From Cyclobacteriaceae bacterium (GTDB taxonomy: Bacteria > Bacteroidota > Bacteroidia > Cytophagales > Cyclobacteriaceae), in NCBI GenBank assembly GCA_047635055.1, contig JBLIIJ010000008.1, forward strand, positions 1,540-65,539: a stretch of 64,000 nucleotides of DNA. The letters are read 5' to 3'. The position numbers and the translations under genes are program-made. How positions within the stretch are numbered: position 1 is the first letter of the stretch; each line of letters starts with the position of its first letter. The notes under the pieces were generated by a model. It did not search any database. It had not been told where the DNA came from and saw only the letters and a list, made by a program, of their open reading frames with translations. Of the stretch, positions 11,101 through 19,443 are shown one piece after another.

Positions 11101-14100
11101 CAAGAATCAGAAACAGGCGTATTGAATTGGTCGGAATCTTTATATCTCAATTCAGGTGAAAATTTAATTTTCAGACTGACGTCTAATGGGGAAGAGTTGT
11201 TTTATGGTGACATAGATGGGGCTGATAATATTGCTGACATAGATGGATCTCAAATAGTTGTTGATCAAAGCTCAGATCACTACATAAGATATAATGCATC
11301 AACAAATGAGTTCTTGGTTTATCCTATTAGTTCAATTGGCTTTCTAGGTTCCGCCCGAACAGGGGACGAAACGGGTTGGCAAGGTGATGATGATGATTTT
11401 CAAAATGAAGGTGAAGGAAATTATACATTAAGAAATATTTCTCTTTTTGATGGTGCATTTAAATTCAGAGCCAATAATGACTGGTCGATACTCAATTGGG
11501 GCGATGGCGATGCTGATGGAACCATGGAAATAGGAGGTATTGATACGGAAGTTATAGGAGGATCTTATGATATCACATTCAATGTTTACGATAGGACCTA
11601 TTTCGTTACACCTACTTTGAGCAATCCGATAATATCGTTTGCTTCACCGATTTCTAGTACAGAAATAAAACTTGTATGGGAAAATGCTGAAAACGAAACT
11701 GGTTATAATCTCTTTCGAGCACCAGACCTGCTTAACCGATCATTTGAGTTTGTTGCTCAAGTTGAAGCTGATATCACTGAGTTTACAGATTCAGGTTTAA
11801 TCCCAAATAATGGATACAGCTATATTATTCAAGTTTTCAACGACCAAATTAGCAATCAATCAGGAGAAGTTGTTACCTCAACATTCTCAAACAATATTGA
11901 AACTAATAATGAAAACATTACCCTCCTTGGAGGTTCAGGCAATGATTTTGGAAGAGATATCACTTTTGATGATCAAGGCAACTATTACGTTTTGGGTACA
12001 TTTAATGGGACAACACAAATAGCAGGAATTGGCATTGGTGCGCTTAACAATGGTCTTTTTGTGGCAAAGTATAACAGTGCACATGTAGTCCAATGGGTTT
12101 ATGACGTTGATCCTGCAGCGGGAAGTATCGATGGTGCAGACATTATCGCCAATGCAATAGGGATTGCTCCAAATGGGGAGATATACATTACAGGTTATTA
12201 CAGCGGTATTGTCAATAACGTAGCTTCTTATCAAGCAAGTACCAATAATTATGAGAATAATTTATTTCTTATTAAATTAAATCAAGAAGGAACATTATTA
12301 GATACGCGAATAATTTCAAGTCCTGGTTTTAGTTCGGGATATGACATTGATTTTGATAACGAGTCCAACGTATATGTATCAGGTATTTACAGTGGAGGCG
12401 CTACATTTTCAGGTACTAACTTATCAGGAGGAGGACCGATAGTATTGAAATGGGAGGCTGACGGATCCGAAAGCTGGGTGATTGAAGCAACTCAGTCTAC
12501 GCTTGACTTAATAGGACGCGCTTTCGGTATAGCATATGATAAGACCAATGAAAAATTATATGTAACAGGTATTAGTTACGGAGCTACAGACTTTAGCAAT
12601 AATGGCAGTGGGATTTGGAACGGTAGCGTATTGAATTACGATGCATTTTTAGCAAGCTATAATGCTGACGCATCTTTCAATTGGGTATCTGGACTAAATA
12701 GTGGTCGTACGGATGTTTCTTACGATGTGACATTGGATCCAGCAAATAACCCGATTATAGCTGGTTATTTTAATGGTGCTGCTTTAACAATAGGCTCAAA
12801 AAGTTACAATAACGAAAGTTTGTCAAATGAAATATTGATTGTTAAATATGATCAATCAGGTGAAGTGCTCAATAGTGTTGTCGCGACAAGTGGCCTGAGT
12901 GAGTACACACTTGGTATGTCTGGAAATGGAACTGATATTTTTATTACGGGATATAAAGATCCTGTAGCGACTGATTTTGCTGGGCTGATTGTTGAAAATG
13001 GTAAGGGTTTCTTAGCAAGTTTCGATGGTAATACGCTGGTGCCTAATTGGGTGGAAGTGGTTGAAGGAAACTCCATCGGTGTGAGTGTAGCCGCATCTCA
13101 AGATTACGTGTATCTAGCTGGAAGAGCGACCAATACGATTAATCTTGCTGGAAATGTCCTGTCATCGAACAATGAATCTGCGGATGCTATGTTTGGTGTT
13201 TTCGATATAAGTAGTGTAAGTACTGCGGGGCTGGTAGGCTATTATACATTTGATAATTCGTCAACAGAAGATTTTTCAGGAAACGGGAACAATGGTGTAG
13301 CTGTCAATAATCCTTTATTCTCAAAAGATAGGTTTGGAAAAAATGGGAGTTCATTTGAGCCTGAAAACAATCAAGCGTTCATTGAAATACCACATAACGG
13401 AGATTTTAATTTTACTTCTGAATTCTCTGTGGCGATGTGGGTGAGATTAAATGACTATTCTAATGAAGAGAGAGATGTCTTGTTCAAAGATGATGGTTTT
13501 GGATTGCTATCTATAAACAGAGACGGGCTTGTGGCCTATGACTGGCAAGACAGCAACAATGACAATATTGGTCTACTATCCACGGACTTGGTAGTATCAA
13601 GAAATGAATGGACATTCATCACATTGTCTATCGATGGAAATGGCAATGCAAGTATTTTTATAGACGGAGTGGCCCAAAAAAATCAATTTCAGCGTAACGC
13701 CACTAATATTGGAGCGCCGGCGACAACTTTAAATGTTTCCTTACCCGTGAATGTTGGAAATACTGCTTTCCTGTCTTCGAATGTGTTTAATGATTCTTTC
13801 CTAAGTGATGCCAATGGGGATATTGACGATGTTCGTATTTATTCTGGAGCTTCTTTAACCCAATCTGAAGTAATTGCTATTTATCAAAAAGAAATCCCTG
13901 GAGGAGCAAACAGACTGGTGGCACAATATGAATTTACGCTCGGCGACTTAAATGACATATCTGAAAATTCATTTGACGGGCTATTTAGAGATGTAAACAA
14001 TAACGCAATTGGCGCACAGTTAACTACTGGTTTAGATGGTGACTCTGATGGTGCGCTTGATTTTCAGGATAATGGAGATTATATGGAAGTATTCCATGAG

Positions 14101-17100
14101 CGTTCTATCAATTTGAGTAAAAATGTAACAGTTAATTTATGGGTTAGGCCCGACGCGGTTTCAAATGGTACCGTAGGGGATGTTCTTTTCTCAGATGCAG
14201 TAGGTACTAGGCTGATGTATGATCCGCAGAATCGAATATATTATCATTACGAAACTTCAGAAGGTGCTTTTCCAGAAATAAAGGAGACAGGCAATAGCTT
14301 AGAAATAGGAGCTTGGCAAATGATTACTTATTCTATTGATGAAAATGATAATCTAATAATTTACAAAAATGGGGTAGAGATATTAAGTAGTTTCATTAGT
14401 GATCAAGCCTATAAGCTCGCGGCAAACTTTACTGTTGCGCAAAATGATATAGCATCTCCTAGTGATTTAAGGTATATGGACGGTGCCATCGACAAGGTGT
14501 CGGTATATAAGCGAGTGTTATCTCAAGGAGAAATTGCACAAATCTTTAATGAGGATGATAAAAGGCTTTTAGCTTATTATCCTTTCGATGGAGATGTGCT
14601 TGACTATAGTGCTAATGAATATGATGGAACAGCTCAAGATCTTAGTCCTATCAATGATAGGTTCGGTGACGCGAATGATGCCTATTCCTTCAATGGATCG
14701 TCAAGTCAAGTGACCGCTGATCTGCTTAATCACCCGCAAGGCGAAGCTTCATTCACTTACATGGCTTGGATCAATCCTGCGGTGAGTTCTCAATCAGCCA
14801 CAATAATTAGCGTGGGGGAGGATATCGATAATGGAAGGTCAAGTCTTTTTATTAATGGAAATGCGCTTGCATATATTGGTAATAGCAATGATGTAACCAG
14901 TTCGATTACCATTCCCTCAGATCAATGGTCACATGTAGCCATTGCCAAAACGGGTACAAACATAGATTTCTTTTTGAATGGCAATTTTGTTGAAACACTC
15001 ACGACTAGCCCAGGACAGAACCTTCAAAGCACATCGGCAACAATAGGGTCGACCTTTGGGACACGCGAGTTCTTTAATGGTGGTATAGATGAAGTTAGAA
15101 TCTTCTCAATATTCCTTACGGGCGATGAAATAATGGCTATCTATAACGCAGAGGCACCTATTAGCTCTCTAGTCGCTGATTATCCATTATTTCAAAATGC
15201 CAATGATTTTGGTGGTAATGATTATCATGGAACAGAACTAGGAGGGGCGTTTTATAATGATGCGCTTGTGATTGGTGATAATGGTAATGACGCGGTGAGT
15301 CTTCCAAATGACGTAATGAGTGGTCTGAACGATTTTACAGTTATGACTGCCGTGAAATTTAATACCATTCATACTTCGGGCTCAGTTTCAAGTAATACCA
15401 TAATATCTGGTTCTAATGTGAATACGGATAATGCTTTCGTCTTAGGCTTAGAAACGGGTAATCAATGGTTGTTGTCTGTTGATAATAATTTTCAAAGAGT
15501 TGCAGCTAATTCCATTGAAGCTGATATGTGGTATCATATCGCTTTTGTACGGAAAGACGCGGAGATAGCTGTTTTTGTCGCCGGTCAAAATGTTGGTTCT
15601 GTATTTGTCAATAATACGCCTGTAGATGTTGGCATAGGAGGCCTGTTTTTAGGCCAAGAGCAGGATGTCTTTGGTGGAGGATTTCAGCAAGATCAAAGTC
15701 TAGCAGGTCAGTTATCAAATCTTAAATTTTTTAGTGAAGCTTTATCCACCTCTCAAATTTTGGAAATAAGTATTAAAGATACTCCTCAAGATTTGCCACC
15801 TTTAGCTCCGTCAAATGTTGTTGCGCAAGTGATTGCTCCTGGTATGGTGAGGGTTAATTGGTCAGACAATTCAGATAATGAGAGTGGCTTCTACGTAGAT
15901 TATAACGACGGATCGAGTTTCTTCACTTCGGACAGAACGAATGCGGATGTTACTAGTCTCCTTATTGAAAACTTGAGTAACGATGTTTCCTATACGTTTG
16001 ATGTACATGCGTTTAATGCAAATGGCGATGCTCAAGGAGAAAATTCGGCTACTGCCACACCAGTAGTATTAGGGGATCCTATTTCAGTTAACCCAGGCTT
16101 TCCATCACTTGATGATGAAATCACCATTACAGTTACAGTAGCAAATCTTTATCCCGTAGGTACATTGGGTACAGCAGATAAGATTTATCTACACTCTGGA
16201 CTTATTGAACCTGGAAACGAAAACGCTGGTGGTTGGGTAGCTAACGCTGAGTGGGGAGTAGATCATGGCGTAGGCTTAATGACCAATAATGGAGATGGGA
16301 CTTGGAGTATTATAATACCTGATCCGCGATCATACTACCAAGTGGCCGACGATTTTGTTGCGAGTCAAATCGCGCTTTTATTTAGAAATGCTGATGGAAC
16401 AGCATCGGGTAATGGTGCCTATAATACTGATATTGGAACCGGAGACATATTCATTGATTTGTATGATGATGTTTTATACCCGAAACCTGGTTCGGCTGTT
16501 GCAACCTTGGATGGAACGAATAACTTGTTCATAAATGATCCATATCCTAATGAAACGTCATTGATTGGTAATGCTCAGCTTACTTTGGAAGCGTGGGTCA
16601 ATACTAATCAACTTCCAGAATCAGATAACTTTTACAACATCTATACACGAGCAACGTCGGTTGGATTTCCAATAGATTTATATGTTTTGAACCAGAGTGG
16701 ATCATACTTTATCGTATTTTCTATTGAAAATGAAGATCGCACAGAAACTGGGTTTGTCAGCACGCCTATTTCAGCTGAGTTTGTTGGTCAGTGGCATCAT
16801 ATTTCTGCAACCTACGATGGGGTAGAAATGAGATTGTATGTAGATGGATATCTTGTTTCCCAGACTTCTAGTTCAGTTGTTTTACCTCTCACGACAAATT
16901 CAACTTCGGATGACATAATTGTTGGTAACTTAATGAAAGGACAAATTGATGATGTTCGTCTTTGGTCTTTTGCAAAGTCTTTAGATCAAATTCGTCGAGA
17001 AATATCATTTGAGTTAGGCGGGTCGGAGACTAATCTAGCGGCAAATTGGAATTTTAATACGATCACTGGATCCGGACCATTTTTTACTCCGGACATTACA

Positions 17101-19404
17101 GGAAATGGGAATGATCTCCGCTTAAGTACTGATGATATCCTTGGTAATCCTGATCTATCAGTAAGCGTTGTTAATAGCCCTTCAGCAGTAGTGGTCGGCG
17201 GTTCAAATTATGTAGTGACTGGAACAATAATAAATACAGATCAAGCTGAACTACCGATCAATGAACAGATGAGTTTAGTGCTATACTTATCTGAGGATAC
17301 GAATTTTGATGCTGGGGATCTAACATTAGCTACAAATTCTGAATCTGTTAATTTGGTTGTTAATTCAAGCCAATCGTATTCCATCAACTTTAATATGCCA
17401 TCGGGAATTGAGGCAAAAGGATATAACTTGATTGTGCGTGTAGATGATTCTGAACTGATAAGTGAAAGCAACGAAGCGAACAATATCAGCGTCACGCCTA
17501 TATCAGTGTTAAGTGTTTTAAATCAACCGACCAGCCTGGTATTGTCAAATGCTGATAATACAACGTTTGATTATTCTTGGAACGCTTTGGATGCGAGCGA
17601 TTGGCGATTCGATATTGCTTCTGATGATGCTTTCAATACAATTTTATCCGGGTATTCTAATATTGAAACGAATACAACAAGTGGGACAATAAGCAATCTT
17701 GATTTAGGAACGACCTATTATATGAGGGTAAGGGCTTTTGATCCAAATGTTGACCAACGAGAAAGTGGTTATTCAAATACCTCTCAAATAACAACGTTAA
17801 ATTTTGTGGATACGCAAGCACCGACAATTTCAATATCTGCTCCAGATAAATCAGAAGTCTCCTCACAGATAGTGACTATCTCAGTCTCAGATAATGTTGA
17901 GGTTGCGTATGTAGACTTTTATGTTCGTAGTGCATCAGAAAGTGCGGGTAGTGAAACAGTAAGGAGATTTGATTTTCCTTCAAATAGTTTTAACGCGGAT
18001 ATCTTGGTTAATGATTGGGATAACTTCGGAGTAACTTTTTACGCTATTGCGGGAGATGCCGAGAATAATACGACAACTTCAAACATCTTAACAATTGTCG
18101 CTGATATTCCTTCAAGCCAACAAGAAACCATTCCTGTAAATGCCACCGGATTAACTTCTGCTGATTATAAGATTTTTGCTTTCCCTTATGAGAATAAAGG
18201 AACAGCTGAGGTTGTCGACGGTGGGTTAAGTCCAATTGATTGGAGAATTCAACGATATAATGGAAACTCCAATTCTGATCAAACGACTCTTTCAGCAGGT
18301 GCGGGTTATTGGTTCTTAAAGCGAGCGAGTAGCACCAGTCTAACTTTTTCAAATGCAAGTCCGGTTTCATTAAACGGTGATCATTTTGAAATAAATTTAC
18401 GCGAAGGGTATACGCAGATAGGAAATCCATATTTAGGAGCAATTGATTGGAATGAAGTACTGATCTACAATAATCTGATTCAAGGACAGATTAGTCAAGA
18501 AATCCAAACATACTCTGGTGGCTATAGTACTGCTACCGAATTGAAAAAATACGAAGGAGGATTCGTGTTGTCAGATGCCGTAAGAAGTATTGAGATACCT
18601 ATATCTGCAATTAATAGATCTGCTCAAAATTCAGCACCACTCTTTGTACAAGATGGTGGTTGGGAGCTTCCCGTATATTTAACTGCACCGGATGAATACA
18701 ACTTTAGAGCTTCAGGCTTTGGTCAATATGATAAGGCACTAGATGGAAAGGATGGGTTTGACTTAAGAACGCCAATGCTTTTCGAGCAATACGTGAGAGC
18801 AGAGTTTGTAGAGAAGCCTACGTTGGAAGGAAAAAGAATATCTAAAAGCATCCATTCAAACAATGCGAATGATATTTGGATCATGAAAGTGTACAGTCAT
18901 TTCTTTGAAGGAGTAACCATGAATATTGAAATTGGTGATTTGCCTGAATTAGCTCACGGAGAAATAATAGCTATGCTTGATTTGCAAACTGGACATCATG
19001 AGATTCTCACTGATAAGTTCAATTATTCATTCAATTATGCTGACGGCTATGAGATCAAATTCATTAAAGGCTCTCCTGAATTTATTAAGCAGAATATCCT
19101 CTTGAATGAACTGGTATTTAGTGAGATTTATCCAAATCCATCTAATGGGGTTATAAACTTAGCATTAAACACACCAGCCTTCGAGAACGCCCAAAACGTA
19201 CACTTTAATCTATTTGATTTATCCGGTCAACTTGTTTTAAGCCAAGATATTTTATTGAATTCAGGCTATCAGGAAATTCAATTAAGTATGACCGAAAATG
19301 GATTATCTAATGGTCTTTATCTGTTGGAAATAGAAATATCACATAATTCTGTTCAGTTACTTGAAAATATCACGAAAAAGGTGTTTTTGAAGAGAAGTGA
19401 ATAA
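5191..19404 (+). CDS. Giant (4,737-aa) T9SS-secreted mosaic adhesin or lectin-like surface protein
   Basis: One uninterrupted 14.2-kb ORF. Signal peptide MKLIAALGFSLLLVINTLSAQ (likely true start ATG 5221). Seven FG-GAP-like blades at about nt 5290-6410 (ISGDGNRVVVGG, ISEDGKRIAIA, LSGDGLSLLVS, INDDGSIIAAGS...). Ten LamG/Laminin_G_3-like lectin modules each end in a G-x-[IL]-D-D-[IV]-x-[IVLF]-[YFWH]-type motif (GTIDDITFY, GVIDDIKIY, GSLDDIQFW, GELDDFRLH, GGLDDIKVF, GDIDDVRIY, GAIDKVSVY, GGIDEVRIF, GQLSNLKFF, GQIDDVRLW). Two SusE/F-like beta-sandwiches (KFRANDTWDVNWG about 8701-8740; KFRANNDWSILNWG about 11461-11505). Also CUB (about 9373-9705), SBBP-type propeller repeats (about 11920-13215), three FN3 (about 11620-11890, 15790-16070, 17520-17800), CARDB-like (about 17150-17510), Ig-like (about 17810-18110), and a type A T9SS C-terminal domain (about 19117-19401: IYPNPSNGVINL...GLYLLEIEI...). 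Confidence 0.9.
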   Translation: MMNLLNKSINMKLIAALGFSLLLVINTLSAQEDWQEIGEIPGLSGAAFSGLHVDISGDGNRVVVGGNYQTNSASRSPYIAVYEYNGTSWNLVNSLISLPIRANDAKISEDGKRIAIAVPAETGIDFAYVAVYEDTGSNWVQLGSNIFSAQTDGSFGKKISASSDCLRIAIGYQSDDTNANNAGSVLVYSYEGSDWVQAGQTIFGSQSNSNTGIDVALSGDGLSLLVSDRLATNEGQLTIFGFENEQWIQKGNIIKSGVAESGFGSTLSINDDGSIIAAGSSFVTNTSRASQYVRVFELIGSFWGQRGQDLKSNIREDLYGSSIALNSSGSRVVVSAGPFDLTESPVQGLIYAYEFENESWKELGSNIKISLGSSGGPDVAISSDGLMICAGDPIGIEFAGRTVVFQVISDLLANYSFTGSFLDNSINSNIATNSGGVLTTDRFGKSESAIFFDGVSQVSSPLTSQPTAISLWYKADQSGGTIFSWGEEESLGYQYGYQLSSTNAGLLFYLSLFDGANSPYSTTVSLASVSDNDWHQFVMTNESGVLRFYIDNVFVQSYTPSSDQIYWEGSSGQLVFGESFQGTIDDITFYSEALTSLEIEEAFVDAGGAVLIADYGFTGNVNDNSGLSNNGVNFGATFTTDRFGFGSSALSFFSDYVSVNNTESLADLSGSYSASMWVNIQSATPPAQMTIISKGLNPDDDTNTNLSVYVNTDLTLTFFWEDEFDQDNIITTTESLAPFRYYLISVTVDTESNISSVYVDKELVAFETFLSPPSSNIDPLYIGAAFTENTRGNFFFGVIDDIKIYNNKVLSLEEISTAYEVNGWNPDLLGDFTFNGGAGDESNNANIGSTIGSGISLAQNRFGNDNNAFLFGGAGYVAHPHIDSYTLGQTSDFSISGWFNSSSTSNGVMFDKSDGSVGYFVQLSANGSIQFSLNSTDESFNLNTNAGYNDGKWHYFVAQADRNANISIIVDGFNIFSNSLITENVGFDTSEDLLIGANAGAGNANPNSLFSGSLDDIQFWSRLLTAKEVGDVYNNGVASVSIVGSTLSTNIDLELQGSLGQTFSAWSTVIDVLEPGPVNFYYNGTSESIYGDSDLDGLLEVGGTDISISKAGQYYVSVRPSTNEYVISEITSVGVLGDAIGGSDVDDTNLIHLGSGVYLIESINLSDGEIKFRANDTWDVNWGDDDPNGIVSAQLLATFEEESPAFVSFGGNQTQVISNPDASGINTSGSVVETVRGSELFGGTFFDVEEKLELTTESTITLKVWAPEEGFTFRIKLEDKSNSNIFQEFDLPIPVSQEWTVLTFSLNNDVLGMPAASQAYDRIVFFPGYDAPTEGSVFYFDDVILGYENATVFGGNIPITEGKYVIFFDVVENVYSIFNSSKSGINLLDQEIIASTGLYTDSGGAENDYTSYEDYLTTIYPEIGGEAIQLEFTEFNVETNYDFLYVFDGTDIGAPLIGVYSGNINESGSNVPDIITATNNNGALTTRFVSDQLVNTSGWQANISTVLLPAPEIVAEYFFNDNVEDNSGLGNNGVNNNAVYVEGRLPIDLYGGAYSFDGSTAYLAVQDSWSLSRATENDFSVSGWFKSSDNGILFDKSDGFTGYFGALQSTGSLFFYMVEDGFGVASVETTSTWNDGNWHFFTMEADRDTGLAIYVDNNLDASSNGVSDAFSVTTSEDLLIGVAGQAGNTNLNGFFSGELDDFRLHSKVLTPSEKFELYNVDNWFDSVNLLSYLKYSGNDLDEQSPGNSGITFTGTLQSDRFENESSALFLDGISQYNAHTSEVFLQASKPSLDQSGSISVWINPESNPTGTYTIYQFVNPGTFARFMTELNLESDGRLGVTMWGVNSSNLTMPSNAQIKLQSWTHVAATWDVPNGVLEVYINGVLDNSVDISTVVPVPLESGMNFIKGYNLTSSANYYQGGLDDIKVFKNRLNGQQVLEIFNEGGWPSQLVTDITAIISSDTDSREVTLRQESETGVLNWSESLYLNSGENLIFRLTSNGEELFYGDIDGADNIADIDGSQIVVDQSSDHYIRYNASTNEFLVYPISSIGFLGSARTGDETGWQGDDDDFQNEGEGNYTLRNISLFDGAFKFRANNDWSILNWGDGDADGTMEIGGIDTEVIGGSYDITFNVYDRTYFVTPTLSNPIISFASPISSTEIKLVWENAENETGYNLFRAPDLLNRSFEFVAQVEADITEFTDSGLIPNNGYSYIIQVFNDQISNQSGEVVTSTFSNNIETNNENITLLGGSGNDFGRDITFDDQGNYYVLGTFNGTTQIAGIGIGALNNGLFVAKYNSAHVVQWVYDVDPAAGSIDGADIIANAIGIAPNGEIYITGYYSGIVNNVASYQASTNNYENNLFLIKLNQEGTLLDTRIISSPGFSSGYDIDFDNESNVYVSGIYSGGATFSGTNLSGGGPIVLKWEADGSESWVIEATQSTLDLIGRAFGIAYDKTNEKLYVTGISYGATDFSNNGSGIWNGSVLNYDAFLASYNADASFNWVSGLNSGRTDVSYDVTLDPANNPIIAGYFNGAALTIGSKSYNNESLSNEILIVKYDQSGEVLNSVVATSGLSEYTLGMSGNGTDIFITGYKDPVATDFAGLIVENGKGFLASFDGNTLVPNWVEVVEGNSIGVSVAASQDYVYLAGRATNTINLAGNVLSSNNESADAMFGVFDISSVSTAGLVGYYTFDNSSTEDFSGNGNNGVAVNNPLFSKDRFGKNGSSFEPENNQAFIEIPHNGDFNFTSEFSVAMWVRLNDYSNEERDVLFKDDGFGLLSINRDGLVAYDWQDSNNDNIGLLSTDLVVSRNEWTFITLSIDGNGNASIFIDGVAQKNQFQRNATNIGAPATTLNVSLPVNVGNTAFLSSNVFNDSFLSDANGDIDDVRIYSGASLTQSEVIAIYQKEIPGGANRLVAQYEFTLGDLNDISENSFDGLFRDVNNNAIGAQLTTGLDGDSDGALDFQDNGDYMEVFHERSINLSKNVTVNLWVRPDAVSNGTVGDVLFSDAVGTRLMYDPQNRIYYHYETSEGAFPEIKETGNSLEIGAWQMITYSIDENDNLIIYKNGVEILSSFISDQAYKLAANFTVAQNDIASPSDLRYMDGAIDKVSVYKRVLSQGEIAQIFNEDDKRLLAYYPFDGDVLDYSANEYDGTAQDLSPINDRFGDANDAYSFNGSSSQVTADLLNHPQGEASFTYMAWINPAVSSQSATIISVGEDIDNGRSSLFINGNALAYIGNSNDVTSSITIPSDQWSHVAIAKTGTNIDFFLNGNFVETLTTSPGQNLQSTSATIGSTFGTREFFNGGIDEVRIFSIFLTGDEIMAIYNAEAPISSLVADYPLFQNANDFGGNDYHGTELGGAFYNDALVIGDNGNDAVSLPNDVMSGLNDFTVMTAVKFNTIHTSGSVSSNTIISGSNVNTDNAFVLGLETGNQWLLSVDNNFQRVAANSIEADMWYHIAFVRKDAEIAVFVAGQNVGSVFVNNTPVDVGIGGLFLGQEQDVFGGGFQQDQSLAGQLSNLKFFSEALSTSQILEISIKDTPQDLPPLAPSNVVAQVIAPGMVRVNWSDNSDNESGFYVDYNDGSSFFTSDRTNADVTSLLIENLSNDVSYTFDVHAFNANGDAQGENSATATPVVLGDPISVNPGFPSLDDEITITVTVANLYPVGTLGTADKIYLHSGLIEPGNENAGGWVANAEWGVDHGVGLMTNNGDGTWSIIIPDPRSYYQVADDFVASQIALLFRNADGTASGNGAYNTDIGTGDIFIDLYDDVLYPKPGSAVATLDGTNNLFINDPYPNETSLIGNAQLTLEAWVNTNQLPESDNFYNIYTRATSVGFPIDLYVLNQSGSYFIVFSIENEDRTETGFVSTPISAEFVGQWHHISATYDGVEMRLYVDGYLVSQTSSSVVLPLTTNSTSDDIIVGNLMKGQIDDVRLWSFAKSLDQIRREISFELGGSETNLAANWNFNTITGSGPFFTPDITGNGNDLRLSTDDILGNPDLSVSVVNSPSAVVVGGSNYVVTGTIINTDQAELPINEQMSLVLYLSEDTNFDAGDLTLATNSESVNLVVNSSQSYSINFNMPSGIEAKGYNLIVRVDDSELISESNEANNISVTPISVLSVLNQPTSLVLSNADNTTFDYSWNALDASDWRFDIASDDAFNTILSGYSNIETNTTSGTISNLDLGTTYYMRVRAFDPNVDQRESGYSNTSQITTLNFVDTQAPTISISAPDKSEVSSQIVTISVSDNVEVAYVDFYVRSASESAGSETVRRFDFPSNSFNADILVNDWDNFGVTFYAIAGDAENNTTTSNILTIVADIPSSQQETIPVNATGLTSADYKIFAFPYENKGTAEVVDGGLSPIDWRIQRYNGNSNSDQTTLSAGAGYWFLKRASSTSLTFSNASPVSLNGDHFEINLREGYTQIGNPYLGAIDWNEVLIYNNLIQGQISQEIQTYSGGYSTATELKKYEGGFVLSDAVRSIEIPISAINRSAQNSAPLFVQDGGWELPVYLTAPDEYNFRASGFGQYDKALDGKDGFDLRTPMLFEQYVRAEFVEKPTLEGKRISKSIHSNNANDIWIMKVYSHFFEGVTMNIEIGDLPELAHGEIIAMLDLQTGHHEILTDKFNYSFNYADGYEIKFIKGSPEFIKQNILLNELVFSEIYPNPSNGVINLALNTPAFENAQNVHFNLFDLSGQLVLSQDILLNSGYQEIQLSMTENGLSNGLYLLEIEISHNSVQLLENITKKVFLKRSE
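8300..8760 (+). repeat. Intragenic paralogous module, copy A (Ig-like plus SusE/F-like beta-sandwich)
   Basis: ...YGDSDLDGLLEVGGTDISISKAGQYYVSVRPSTNEYVISEITSVGVLGDA...GEIKFRANDTWDVNWGDDDPNG is collinear with copy B at about 11040-11530. Confidence 0.5.
11040..11530 (+). repeat. Intragenic paralogous module, copy B
   Basis: ...YGDIDGADNIADIDGSQIVVDQSSDHYIRYNASTNEFLVYPISSIGFLGSA...GAFKFRANNDWSILNWGDGDADG is collinear with copy A. Protein-level similarity only; the DNA has diverged. Confidence 0.5.
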
Positions 19405-19409
19405 TTAGT

Positions 19410-19417
19410 TAAATTTG
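19410..19417 (+). promoter_or_regulatory. Candidate -7 box (TAnnTTTG) in front of the small caspase gene
   Basis: TAAATTTG at 19410-19417, within the 39-nt gap after the giant ORF and 27 nt upstream of ATG 19444. Confidence 0.35.
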
Positions 19418-19443
19418 TTACTTAACCACTAAAAATAAATGTC

